A DNA stretch of 64,000 nucleotides from an uncultured delta proteobacterium (GCA_963735595.1 CAVTLK010000005.1:768001-832000), one strand, 5' to 3'; shown: positions 41,527 through 52,447, numbered from the stretch's first letter. A program made the numbers and translations. The notes: a model not told the origin generated them from the sequence alone.

Positions 41527-42832
41527 CTACACCGCCGTATACAGCCCCTTGTCGTACCCTTCCTTGCCGTCGTATTTCGTGGCCAGCTGGTTCAGGTAGT
41601 AATCGTAGGCACCCTCCACGAACTCGACGCCCAGGCCCGTCAGCGCCTTCTTGAGGTCTTCGACCGACGGCGGGCACCCCCTCAGCTCGATTGCCTCGTT
41701 GATGTTCTTGTTTCCCTTGTTGGCGGCGATGATGCAGTTGCCCAAGAGCAGCGTCTTGTCGTAACCGGGGCGCGCCTGCATCCGTTTGCCGGACAGCACC
41801 TCGAAGTTGCCGAAGGGCTTTCCCTTGTTGGCCGAGATTATGAAGATATTGGACATGTTCACGATGGGCGAGCAGCCCGTGCAGAGCGTCTCGTCGTATT
41901 TCGGTATAGCCACCCCGGTGATCCCCATCCGCTCGAAGATCGTGGGGCCGGTGTTGTCCGCGTTCCAGTTCCAGTCCCACTTGACCGGCTTCTTGACTTT
42001 CTCTACGTCTTCCCCCTTCATCACGTAGTCGCGGTAGTCCAGCGAGCAGTCGTTGCGCTTCGCGTAGAGGGCAAGGTGACCGATCTCGGCCGGGTCGATG
42101 CCCAGCAGCGTTGTCGCCACCACGTCGGCGGCAAGGATATCGGTGGAGACCACGATCAGGTCGGCCCGGTAGGCGTTGCCGGTGTGGATGGGGCCTTTCT
42201 CCAGGACGTAGATCCCGTCCTCGATGGTGAGGTCAGGCGTCAGCTTTTCCGGGATGAGCGACACGCAGTAGTCCAGGTCGAGGTCCTTGTGGTGGCAGAG
42301 GCGGCGGCTTGCCATCTTGAGGCAGCCCTTGAGGTTCTTCATGCCGAGCGATACTTTGGTCTGCGAGTGGGTCTTCATGGCCGGGATGTCGACGAGGAAA
42401 TCGGCCCTGAGCACGGGCTCCGCGATCAGGAGCGACAGGTCGTCGGAGAGCTTCACCTTTTCGAACGGCCCGTCGTTGAGGTCGAGGAGCTTGACCCCGT
42501 ATTTCTTTACCAGCGCCCCGTAGCCCAGGTTTTCCATGACGCCGATGCTCGTGGGGGAGTCATCGTAGAGCTGCACCGCGCCCTCGGCGATGACGATATC
42601 GGCGCACCCGAAGTCTTTGAGGGCGATCACCAGGTCTTCGACGAGCCGGGTGGTGGTAAAGACCCCGTAGGGGGGGATGTGGTGTTTGTTGTCCCAGGTC
42701 AGGGCGTTGGGCTTGATGACGACCCGGTGGGTCTTCTTGAGGCCCGTAAAGCCGTCGGCGAGCGTTATCGCCCGCTTGAGCGATTCGGCGGGCTTTTCGA
42801 TATTTGACGACGGCGACGTTCGGTTTTTCCAT
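41527..42832 (-). CDS. DUF362 domain Fe-S protein (one frameshift near 42795)
   Basis: VIKPN, IAEG, MKTHSQTKVSLGMKNLKG, DIL.AD; C-terminal CTGC/GNC/GCPP. Confidence 0.85.
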
Positions 42833-42844
42833 GACGGTGTCCTT

Positions 42845-44266
42845 CTAAATCGTGATTCCGTGGTTCTTCATGTAGTTGAGGTACCGGTTGATCTTGTAGG
42901 CCGCGCGGGCCGGGCGCTCGGCGTTGGGAAACGCCGCGATGTTTGCCGCGGCAAGCCGCCTGGTGAAGCTTGCCCGGATAGACTCCAGCTCCGGGCTGTT
43001 GTGCAGCAGGCGCGGGATGACCATGACGGCGGGCTTGGTGAGGCCCTTGAGCCCCTCGGACATGGTCTGCTCGATGTAGTCCCAGAAGTCCTTTGACATG
43101 GCCTGCACCATCTCCGGGTACTGGCAGAGGACCAGGAAGTCGATCTTCGGGTCCTTCTCGCCCTCCACGGCGGCGCCCACGAAGACCTTGGGGTCAAAGC
43201 CGAACATCCCCAGGTCCACCGGGTTGGCGGTGGAGGTGTTGACCCGGGAGATGGTGGAGCCGATCTTTTCCTGGACGTCGCCGGCCAGCGTCGGCACGGA
43301 AATGCCGTTGTTCGAGACGGCGTCGGTCAGCTCCACGGAGCTGCCGCCGCCGGCGACCGAGATCAGCGCGCGGAGGCCGCGGGGCTTAAACCCGTACTTG
43401 AGGCAGAGCAGCACGTCCAGCATCTCGATCTGGGTCTCGGCGTTGATGACGCCGAGCTGGTCCATGACCGAATCCCATATCCTGGTGGGCACGGCGATGG
43501 CCCCGGTGTGGCTCATGGTGGCCCGCGCCCCTTCCTCGGAGCGGCCCCCCTTCCAGATGACGAGCGGCTTTTTCTTTTCCAAAACGATGTGGCGGGCGAG
43601 CTTCTTGAAGCGCTCTCCCTGCTTGATGTCCTCCACGTAGCCGCAGATGTATTTGACCTTATCGTCCTCGGCGAAATACTCCATGAAGTCTTCGATTTTG
43701 AGGTCGGTCTGGTTGCCGACGGAGACGACCTTGTTGAACTCGAGGCCGGAGCTGACCCCGCGCACCAGGAAGTTGAGGGCGTGCCCCCCCGACTGGGAGA
43801 AATAGGCGATGTCGCCCTGCTTGTCGGTGGCGAGGCTCGGGTAGAAGAGCACCCCCGCCTCGGGCGCGTGGATGCCGATGCAGTTGGGGCCGATCATCCG
43901 GGTTGTGCCTTTCGCGAGCGCGTCGGTCAGGCGCTTCTCGAGCTCCTTTTCGCCCACCTCCGAAAAGCCGGACGTAAACACCAGCACGTACTTGGCCTTG
44001 GCCGCCACGCACTCCTCCAGCGCCTGGGGGACCTTATCCCGCGGCAGTACGATGAGGGCGTAGTCGACCGGCTCGGGCACGTCGGTTATTTTGGGGAAGC
44101 AGGGCACACCCTTGATGTCGGTATACTTGGGGTTGACGGCGTATAGTTTCCCCTTGAAGTGTTCGTGATAGCAGGCAAAAAAGCCCCCGCGGTCGCGCAC
44201 GATGTCCGGCGAGGCCCCGATGACGGCGATTGAGCGGGGGTTGAAGAGGCAGTCGAGGTTGATCAT
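42845..44266 (-). CDS. ADP-forming acyl-CoA synthetase alpha subunit (CoA-binding protein)
   Basis: PRSIAVIGAS, GPNCIG, SQSGG, SVGNQ, SHTG phospho-His, NPVD. Confidence 0.88.
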   Translation of the reverse strand: MINLDCLFNPRSIAVIGASPDIVRDRGGFFACYHEHFKGKLYAVNPKYTDIKGVPCFPKITDVPEPVDYALIVLPRDKVPQALEECVAAKAKYVLVFTSGFSEVGEKELEKRLTDALAKGTTRMIGPNCIGIHAPEAGVLFYPSLATDKQGDIAYFSQSGGHALNFLVRGVSSGLEFNKVVSVGNQTDLKIEDFMEYFAEDDKVKYICGYVEDIKQGERFKKLARHIVLEKKKPLVIWKGGRSEEGARATMSHTGAIAVPTRIWDSVMDQLGVINAETQIEMLDVLLCLKYGFKPRGLRALISVAGGGSSVELTDAVSNNGISVPTLAGDVQEKIGSTISRVNTSTANPVDLGMFGFDPKVFVGAAVEGEKDPKIDFLVLCQYPEMVQAMSKDFWDYIEQTMSEGLKGLTKPAVMVIPRLLHNSPELESIRASFTRRLAAANIAAFPNAERPARAAYKINRYLNYMKNHGITI

Positions 44267-44452
44267 GGTGCGGTTTCACTCCCTATCGTTGCTGAGGTTG
44301 ATGCGTCATCCGGCGCATAGACCGACAGGATAACAGAAAAAACGGCGCGGTGTCAAAGAAATTTTAATATCAAGGGTTAAAGACGGGCGGTAGGGGTCGC
44401 GGCGGTGTCTTCTCTTGTCGCCCGCGTTTCGTGAATTACGGAACGAGAGGGT

Positions 44453-44636
44453 ATTCACCACAAAGACACGAAGGTACGAAGAGGAATGAGAGGGAAGCTC
44501 ATTTCTCCTTTGTAACTTTGCGGTAGGCCCATGCCGGGGCGTATCGAAACTCAATTCACCACAAAGACACGAAGGCACGAAGCGGAATGAGAGGAAGGAA
44601 TTTTTATCTCTTTTGTGTCTTTGTGCCTTTGTGGTG
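44453..44636. repeat. Two tandem REP-like CACCACAAAGACACGAAG elements with inverted right arms
   Basis: 41-nt copies at 44453-44493 and 44554-44594 (2 mismatches). Inverted arm TTTGTGTCTTTGTGCCTTTGTGGTG ends at 44636. Confidence 0.8.
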
Positions 44637-44815
44637 CCCCCGGCGCCTTCTTAGCCGGAGAATCGCGCTTGACTCCGGCCCATGTTGCCGGGTACTATAT
44701 ACCGATACATAATAATATATGGGGCCGCTGAAGGCGCGCCGGGCGGCACGGCGATGGGTACGACGACAATAGATAATAGACGATAGACAATAAGCGGCGG
44801 CAGGGAGGATACGGC

Positions 44816-46093
44816 ATGGCGGCGAGATCTAATCAGGCGATGGGAGCGACGGGGGCGAGGGGTGTGATGGGTGTGATACGGGTGACGGACGCCGACGTGC
44901 GGCGGGTGCTTGATCTCATCGGCGGGATCATCAAGAAATTCGGGCCGCGGATCGCGGGGAGCGATTCGTGCCGCGGGGCCGCGGCCGACATCGGGGCGCG
45001 GCTCGGGCCGTTGTGCGACGGCGTGGGGCGGCAGGAGTTCACGGTGCGCACCGGCGGTATGCGCCACCTGGGGCACGTCGTCGGCGGGTGCTACATCCTT
45101 GCCGTGGCGATGCTGTTTACCGGGGGGGCGTGGGTCTGGCTGGGGGCGGCCGCCCTCACGGTCTCTCTGGTCTACTGGATCGTGGTATCCGTATTCATGC
45201 TGGAGGCGCTGGATTTCCTGTTCCCGGGCGGGGTCGGCGTCAACGTATGGGGGACCATCGAGCCGGAGGGCGAGGTAAAACGGCAGGTATACGTCGTGGG
45301 CCACCACGACAGCGCCTACGTCCTGACGTTCCTGGGCCGGTTCCAGAAGTGGTACGCCGTCAGGATCATCGGGACGATCATCTTTTCCACGACGGTGTGG
45401 CTCTCGTCCTGGGCCTGGGCCGTGTCGCGGGGCGCTCACGGCGCTGACCCCGGCTGGGCCGGGTTTGCGCTTGCGGCGGGCGTTGCGGGGCTGGTCTTTG
45501 TGGCGCCGTTCCTCTGGTTCGTGGGATCAAAGGCGTCGCCCGGTGCGGGGGATAACCTCGTGGCCTCGGCCGTCGCCGTCGAGACGGCGCGGCTGGTGCG
45601 GGGCACAACCGGCGCCGGGAGGCTGAAGCACACGCGGCTGGTGCTGCTGTCGCTGGACGGGGAGGAGCCGGGGATGCGGGGGGCGGGGGCGTTTTTGCGG
45701 GAACACGCCGCCGGGATGAAGGCGGTCCCGACCTCCGTGCTCAACTTCGACGCGATCTACGACGTGGGCGATCTCAGTCTCCTGACGCGCGACCGCAACG
45801 GGTTCACGGCGCTCTCGGCCCCGATGACGGCAGAGTGCGTGGAGATAGCCAAAAGGCTCGGCTACGATATCGCCTCGGGGCCGGTGACGTTCGGCGGAGG
45901 GGGGACGGACGCGGTGCGGTTTGCCGACCACGGGATAGAGGTGGCCTCGATCATCGGGATATCCACGAAGCTCATCCGGGAGGGTCTCGTCTACCATACC
46001 GTCAACGATACGGTGGATAAGCTCGACCCGAAGGCGGTCAAGGCGTGCCTCGAGATCGCGGTGAATTATATCAGGGAGAAGGATGAGGGGTGA
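44816..46093 (+). CDS. Membrane M28 family metallopeptidase
   Basis: GHHDS, PGAGDN, DGEE, NFD, GTD, YHT..DT; four TM segments. Start could be a later ATG/GTG. Confidence 0.85.
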   Translation: MAARSNQAMGATGARGVMGVIRVTDADVRRVLDLIGGIIKKFGPRIAGSDSCRGAAADIGARLGPLCDGVGRQEFTVRTGGMRHLGHVVGGCYILAVAMLFTGGAWVWLGAAALTVSLVYWIVVSVFMLEALDFLFPGGVGVNVWGTIEPEGEVKRQVYVVGHHDSAYVLTFLGRFQKWYAVRIIGTIIFSTTVWLSSWAWAVSRGAHGADPGWAGFALAAGVAGLVFVAPFLWFVGSKASPGAGDNLVASAVAVETARLVRGTTGAGRLKHTRLVLLSLDGEEPGMRGAGAFLREHAAGMKAVPTSVLNFDAIYDVGDLSLLTRDRNGFTALSAPMTAECVEIAKRLGYDIASGPVTFGGGGTDAVRFADHGIEVASIIGISTKLIREGLVYHTVNDTVDKLDPKAVKACLEIAVNYIREKDEG

Positions 46094-46320
46094 GGGGATA
46101 GGGACGAACGGAGGCCACATTCTTTAACGGCTTCTTCCAGGGTGTTGCGCTCATAACAGGACAGCAGAAAAAGCCTCAACGCCTCTTCGAGGTTCTTTCT
46201 GGCTTCTTCTTCGGTCGGTCCCTGGGAAAATACGTCCAGCGCCGGGCAGGACGATACCCAGTAGGCGGCTTTCTTTTTTACCGTGGCCGGAAGCTTAACC
46301 TCGAATACGACCCTGTTCAT
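46066..46320 (-). CDS. HicB family antitoxin (no adjacent hicA)
   Basis: WVSSCPALDVFSQGPTEEEARKNLEEALRLF. AGGAGG RBS. Confidence 0.8.
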   Translation of the reverse strand: MNRVVFEVKLPATVKKKAAYWVSSCPALDVFSQGPTEEEARKNLEEALRLFLLSCYERNTLEEAVKECGLRSSLSPHPSSFSLI

Positions 46321-46453
46321 TGTAACCTCCTGTGCGTCGTGATACCCGTTCGCCGCGTATCGGCCGGCCCCGAAAGAACCGTCCTTTTACGTAGTATACC
46401 ATATCGTCGGGCGATGTCTCCACTAAAAAACGGAGGCCGAGGGGGGAGGGGCG

Positions 46454-46726
46454 GGGTGTGCGGGATGAGATGAATTAAAGAAGGGGGCCGGATTTCTCCG
46501 GCCCCAGAGTATTGACAAACCTACTGTAAGTACAAACGCCACTATTGTCATTGCGAGGAGCGAAGCGACGTGGCAATCCCGGACGCGATAACTACCAGAA
46601 AACACGGTAGTATGTATATCATTATCCGAGATCGCCACGCCCCCTGAAGGGGGCTCGCGATGACAACTCCTTGTGGGTGTGCGGGATGAGAGGAACTAAA
46701 GAAGGGGGCCGGAGAAATCCGGCCCC
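46454..46726. repeat. ~52-bp direct repeats containing a terminator hairpin
   Basis: GGGTGTGCGGGATGAGA...AAAGAAGGGGGCCGGA-loop-TCCGGCCCC at 46454-46505 and 46675-46726. Confidence 0.75.
46546..46665. repeat. REP/RPE-like palindromic element
   Basis: TGTCATTGCGAGGAGCGAAGCGACGTGGCAATC ... GAGATCGCCACG-hairpin-CTCGCGATGACA; the terminal arms pair. Confidence 0.8.
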
Positions 46727-46731
46727 TTTTT
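46701..46731 (-). terminator. Terminator downstream of the polyproline lipoprotein gene
   Basis: GGGGCCGGA/TCCGGCCCC stem with T-rich flanks on both strands. Confidence 0.7.
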
Positions 46732-46784
46732 AGCGTGAAGCGGCAATAGTGCCCCCGATCGCTCCTGACGGCGATCGCGGTCCG

Positions 46785-47117
46785 TTAGGGACCCGGTGGA
46801 GGTGGAGGTGGCGGCGGAGGAGGTGGCGGCGGAGGCGGACCGGGAGGCGGTGGACCGGGTGGTGGAGGCGGTCCGGGAGGAGGCGGCCCCGGTGGCGGAG
46901 GTCCGGGAGGAGGCGGCCCTGGTGGAGGCGGTCCGGGAGGAGGCGGACCGGGCGGCGGAGGTCCCGGAGGCGGCGGCGGGCCGACGACGGGGCCGGGCGC
47001 GGGCGGAGGGGGCGGTGGATACGCGCAGCCCGGCACAATGGTTATCAACGCAGCAACGAGAAAAGCGAAAACAGCAACAGTGGCAACGGTGGCGGTGGCG
47101 GAGAAGAACTTTTTCAT
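46785..47117 (-). CDS. Small polyproline (PPPPG-repeat) lipoprotein
   Basis: AAGGAG RBS; signal MKKFF...VPG-C31; mature 80 aa has 62 Pro with mixed synonymous codons; has its own terminator. Confidence 0.7.
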   Translation of the reverse strand: MKKFFSATATVATVAVFAFLVAALITIVPGCAYPPPPPPAPGPVVGPPPPPGPPPPGPPPPGPPPPGPPPPGPPPPGPPPPGPPPPPGPPPPGPPPPPPPPPPPPPPPGP

Positions 47118-47188
47118 CGTTACATACTCCTTTTTTTACGCCTTGCTTATTTTTCGTTATTCCGTAAGGTAAGGATAGTATATTCCTC

Positions 47189-49880
47189 TTATATATTACC
47201 CGCAATCGAAACAACATCTTTCCAATTCTTTGGGTTATATTTATCCCAATCTTCTTGCTTCACATATAGCATCTTATACGTAATTCTCTTTTGTCGGCTG
47301 TTTGCATCATCACACCATTGGGCAAGCCTTTTTATCTTTAACGGGTCGTCTAAATCTTCACGCCCCTTTGTTTCAACGATATAGACTGTCTTATCATTCG
47401 TCTTGACAAAAAAGTCTGGGTAATAGTTGGCAATCGTTCCGTCGGCGTTTTTATAATCTATCTTGAAATGCACCTCGTAATAATTCTTTGCGAATGAAAC
47501 AACCTCATCATCTCCTAATTTTTCCAGAAAACCGGCAAACTCAAGTTCAAACTGGCTGTCCCCGACAATCCTGTTAAAAACGCTCTTTTTCGGCACCAGA
47601 TAAGCCCTGTCGTTGACGACAAACGGACGGCTATCGCTCACTTTGATGTAGTTCTTTATCTCAGCATCACCGATATCTTTAACCGTCAACTCATTTATCG
47701 CTTTTTTAAAGGTCTCAATTATTGTCTTTGTAGCCTCAATCTCCGAGAGGTTTCTTAAAATGTTCTTATCTTCAAGGTCAACTTCTGTTTCGAATAAGAT
47801 ACCTTTGAACAAACTCTTTTACCTTTCCAAACAAGACATCATAACATCCAAAAAGACGAAGTTCTCTCATAATGCTTTGGGCAAAAAAGCCAATAACGCT
47901 TTGGTAATTGGGCTCAATATTGCTTTCGAGAATCGTTGTATGATGAATTTTTTCTTCGATAACGTGCTTGAAAACGATCTCCCGTTGTTCCTGTTCAGAA
48001 AATTGCTTCACCCTTAGCTTCGCGTTATTAAACCCGGCTGGATTTAAGTCAGATAGGTTCTTGTATTCTCTTTGAATCCTCGGCGTTAAAATCGGAAGCT
48101 CAATATCTAACCGCTGTATATCCTTCTTTGGATTATCATGGTCAATTTCAATAACTGTCGGCGTAATTGCTTTCGTTGTGGAGTCCATCTTTCGCTTTTC
48201 TAATTCAACGCCTTCGGCTTTGATTGACTCGACAAAATCCATAAACGCCGGGGTACCGATAACGCTGACATATTCTTCGACATCTTCCCGTCCAAAAAAC
48301 ATTCGCCGCAAACCACGACCCAAGCGTCTGCTCGGGAAGTATATTTGAAGCTGACGAATAAGCACGAAGCCCAACAATAGTCGTTACATTCTTAACGTCC
48401 CACCCTTCTTTTAACATCAAGACTGAAACAATAACTTCATAGGGGCTTTCCCGTCCGTCAATAGCATTTGCCTGCTTACGAAGCCGATCTAGTTCTTCTT
48501 TGGCTTTACCAGTGACCTTTTCAGATATGTCACCGCTTTTATTGGTATGAATCGTTAGAACTTTGCCGTTTAAGTCAGCGTAGTTCTTTTCCAAATACGC
48601 GTGTACCTCATCGCAATTCTTTGTATCATCCGTCATGATAAATAAAATCGCTTTCTTGCCGGTAGGTTCGAGTTCTTTATATGTCTTTCGCCATTCTTCG
48701 ATGCCCAAGATTTATATAATCCTCATATTTCTCGGTAAATATGACACTCTGTCGTTCCTGCAATTTCCCACGGCTTGCCTCATCTGGCAACACCGGCGTT
48801 TTGACAACACCCTGATGTATGGCCTCGACAAGAGGATAGTCCGAAATAGTCTGAACAAAAATCCCTCCGTTATTATGTTTCGGCGTTGCCGTACAGTCTA
48901 TTTGGAGGGAAATCTGCTTCCCCTTCTGCTTTAGTCTATTATTAATGTCCTGAATGGACTTAAACCAAGCCATTTTGGGATCATGTATATGATGCGCCTC
49001 ATCGTTGAAAACAACAATTTCATCAATATCTCTAACGACATTGCTTAATTCAACTAATGATTCGTTAGTTCTGGAAACTGGCTTCTGTCCTAAGAAATAA
49101 TCTGTTAAATCGTCATCGCTGTAAGACGCTCCTTTTACATCGCCTTCATAGACTCTATGAATGTTTGTAAGGAAGATATTGCCAGTTGGGGAAATTCGCC
49201 GTCAGATCGTCCTGTAGATGTAAAGTTATTTGAAAATCATCTTGCCAGCTATTTCCTTCATATCCGTTGTCCGGGAGAACAGGGTCTTGATAAAAAATCT
49301 TTAGGCCATCGAAATCAGTCTTGATACGTTCAAGGACTATAATATTCGGCGTTATTAAAAGGAAATTGCGGGAAAGTCCTGACTCCGGCTCGTAAAGTTT
49401 ATGGAAATACGACCACGCAAGAAGCAAGCTCATTACCTTTGTCTTACCGCTCCCGGTCGCCATCTTAATAACGAGCCTGAGCCAGTCCTCATCAAACATA
49501 TTAGGACTTACACGTCCGAGAGAATCAAAAGGCAGAAGATCATACTTATTCCTTACGCCCGCAACATCATATAGCCAGATAACCGTTTCAACCGCCTCGC
49601 GCTGAGCGAAATAATACTTAAACAAAAAGGTATTGCCATCCGCCCCATAGGCTATATGCTCCTGCTTAAACCACCAGTTTAGGAGAGCTTTTGAGGTAGC
49701 GCTTGCCCCATCGTAGTTTCTATTACGCCACTCTTTAATGCTTTTTCTCAACTCCGGTACAAACGGCGGGAGCAGTTTTTCATAACCCTGCTCACGCAAT
49801 GCCTCATCAGCCGGAAACCAGCGTATCTCCGGTTCTAAAATCGCAAATTTATCTTTAGGAAATTTCTTATGTAATGCCAT
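47189..49880 (-). pseudogene. res: Type III restriction endonuclease Res subunit, several frameshifts
   Basis: YYFAQREA, MATGSGKT, VFNDEAHH (~48990), TATP, LKEGWD, GRGLR, YYPDF...ETKG. AT-rich. Confidence 0.85.
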
Positions 49881-52138
49881 TATGTAATATTAACCTCGAT
49901 AACTCTTGTTGTATCATTACCGAAAATGTCAACTACTTTAACAGCGATCCTACGCCGTCCTTTTGAAACTTCCTTTTCAGCGGATATAAGCTCGAGTTTT
50001 CTATCTCTCTTCGTTCTAAAGGACTGCCATTCATTTTCAAAAATATAATCCCCAGTCCATTCTTCTTTTTCTTCTTGAGTATCAGGATCAATTAACCGGA
50101 TAATTTCCTTTCTGTTTTCCATGTTAAAATCAACTGACCAATAGTCCACCCAGTCTACCCATTTCTTCGTCAAGACTTCCTTAGTTACAACTGCCGTTGT
50201 TTTATCTTTTGAGACTTTGATGACTTGTCCATTCTCAATAACGATTTTGCTTGCTCCTTCCCTGAGAGACCCTTCTATCTCTTCAACGCAGTCCTGATTA
50301 TAGAAGACACTGAAATCGCATAATTCAACTGCTATTGTCTTATTACTCCCGCTCCCTTTTGTAATCGGCTTTACTTCAATATAAGCAACGTCATAGAATT
50401 TTACATAACCTTTTTCAACAGCTCTTCTATCAAATACTTCCCGGGGGATAACCTTAAACTGAACATCAACACCCTGACTGCTAAGCTCGGCAAAATCAAG
50501 CCCCATCTCATAGTCAAAACCGAGAATATCGATTTTCGTAATCCCTTTTTCCCGGGCCTCTCTTATCGCCTCGTCGACCAAAGCAGATGAGACCGGCGTT
50601 GAGATAGGACCGACAGCGACAAGACGATCACGTTTTTTGCCGACGAATGAGTTATAGGAATCGACGGTTTGAGCGTTATATGCGGAAAGTATTATCTCGA
50701 CATATTGCTTTTCCTTCCTTTCTAGAATCTGCTGTTTCTCCTTTTCTCGAAGGTCAACATCAACGCTGATATACTGTTCACGCTCATACTTCCCAAGGTT
50801 GAGAATCTCAAACGCCCTGAAATCCTTGCCCGTCAGTTTCATCTCTCGTTGAACCTGGATAAGACGCTTGCGGGAAGTATGAATAGCAAACCTGCCGAGG
50901 TCTGCACCGATCCATTTACGTCCTAACTTTTCGGCAACGGCTAAAGCTGTTCCCGGAACCGCAGAAGAAATCAGCGACTAGATCGCCTTCGTTTGAGGAG
51001 GCTTTGATGATGCGTTCGAGCAGGGCTTCGGGTTTTTGGGTCGGGTAGTCAACTCGCTCTTTGGACTTGGAGTTTACTGGGTTTATGTCCGTCCATATGT
51101 CCCCAACCCGTGTTCCACCCACCTTCCTCAAGTATCGTTTTACGCTTGGCACCCCTCTCTTAGAAGATAGATAAGTCCGTTTTTCATTCCTTCGTCGATT
51201 TTTTCCTGCGACCAAATCCAGTGTTTTCCAGAGGGCGGGTCGATACTTTGCCAGTCCGAAATCTCCGTGAGGGACCTTGACCATCTTGAGTGAAGTCCGC
51301 CAAATTGTATTTCGGCCTGTTCTGGCTCATCATGCCGATAATGTGTTTCGTAGCTTTTCATCTTTGTGGCACACATTGCGGATTAAAAATGGGCGTTCTC
51401 GTTTTTGAGTAGAACAGAATATGCTAGTCCTTGATGTTGGAGAAATGGGCGCTTTGAGCTTTTACGGATGAACTTTTTTCCACGCGATTTCAGCAATGAA
51501 ATTCTAAAAATCTTCTGTCCAGTCGCAAGCCGAATGTAAGCTGCATTCACCCGCCAATCACAATGCACATAAATACTACCATCATCTGCTAGGAGACCGT
51601 GCATTAGTCTTAGCCGCTCATAAATCATGGTAATAAAACTGTCTGCACCCTTGCCCATGTGTCTCGATATGCAACTTCTTCAATAACTGATGGTTTCTTT
51701 GTAAAGGATTCGTCACCAATCTCTACATTCATGGAAAAATCCGCGCCAACGTCAAACGGCGGATCAATGTAAATGAGTTTAATCCCGCCTTGCTTATCAA
51801 TTTCCCGACGCATATGGGCCGTTCTTTAGCGATGAAAGGATCAGCTTGTTATCACCCCAGATGAGCTTATTCGTCCATCCTTTTATTTGGCCTCCCGAGA
51901 TGCATCAAATAAGTCCATCTGATCTTTGCCCTTCTCAATCCGCTGGCTTCGGCTCATCAATATGCTCAATGGTCTGAAAGGGCAAAACAAGATTACAGAC
52001 CTCTTGCGTTTTGCCGTTCCATACGAGCTCGACTTCGCGTTCATCATCGAATAAAAGAAAACGATATTTTTCAGGTAAGGGTTTGCCTTCCTGAAGATAA
52101 TTTATTGCGTTACGTCGTTCGTTGTCCGATAACCTCAT
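49880..52138 (-). pseudogene. mod: Type III R-M DNA methyltransferase Mod subunit, several frameshifts
   Basis: NKLIWGDN, IYIDPPF, GSIYVHCD, YPTQKPEALLERII, DFFCGSG, IAVKVVDIFGND. Stop overlaps the res start. Confidence 0.85.
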
Positions 52139-52447
52139 TTTCTACCTTTTTATATTTTGAATTAAATAGTGTTAACAGATTGTATCGACCACAATAATAA
52201 TCAATCTGAACGGTTTTGTAAATAAATTTTAAGTGAGTTTTCACCTAAATCATTTTATGTTCTCCCTCCCCCTTATCCCCATCCCCTCATCCCCATCCCC
52301 CAAACCAAAAATATATTGTATATTTCTCCCTTCCTGCCCTTCTTTCGCCCATCCGTATAACGGCCGGTCAGTTCCCCCGTCACAATGTCTTGATATAGAA
52401 ATTAGATATGTTATAATTATTTAAAAGTAAACTATCAGAGATTACAG

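Noticed and set aside
40675..42807. 710-aa + strand ORF as a single gene
   Set aside because: Chimera: the start is a penicillin acylase fragment, and the rest is off-frame sequence and the antisense of the DUF362 gene across a terminator.
44453..44594. Possible CRISPR array
   Set aside because: Only two repeats, the spacer contains the inverted arm, and there are no cas genes.
46785..47030. Collagen-like repeat, or the alternative Arg/Trp-rich and Glu/Ala-rich ORFs over the same DNA
   Set aside because: Gly period is 5-6, not 3. Only the Pro frame has an RBS, a signal peptide and third-position variation.
49880..52138. Phase-variable mod (phasevarion)
   Set aside because: No simple-sequence repeat tract seen. 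The breaks are scattered like those in other genes.
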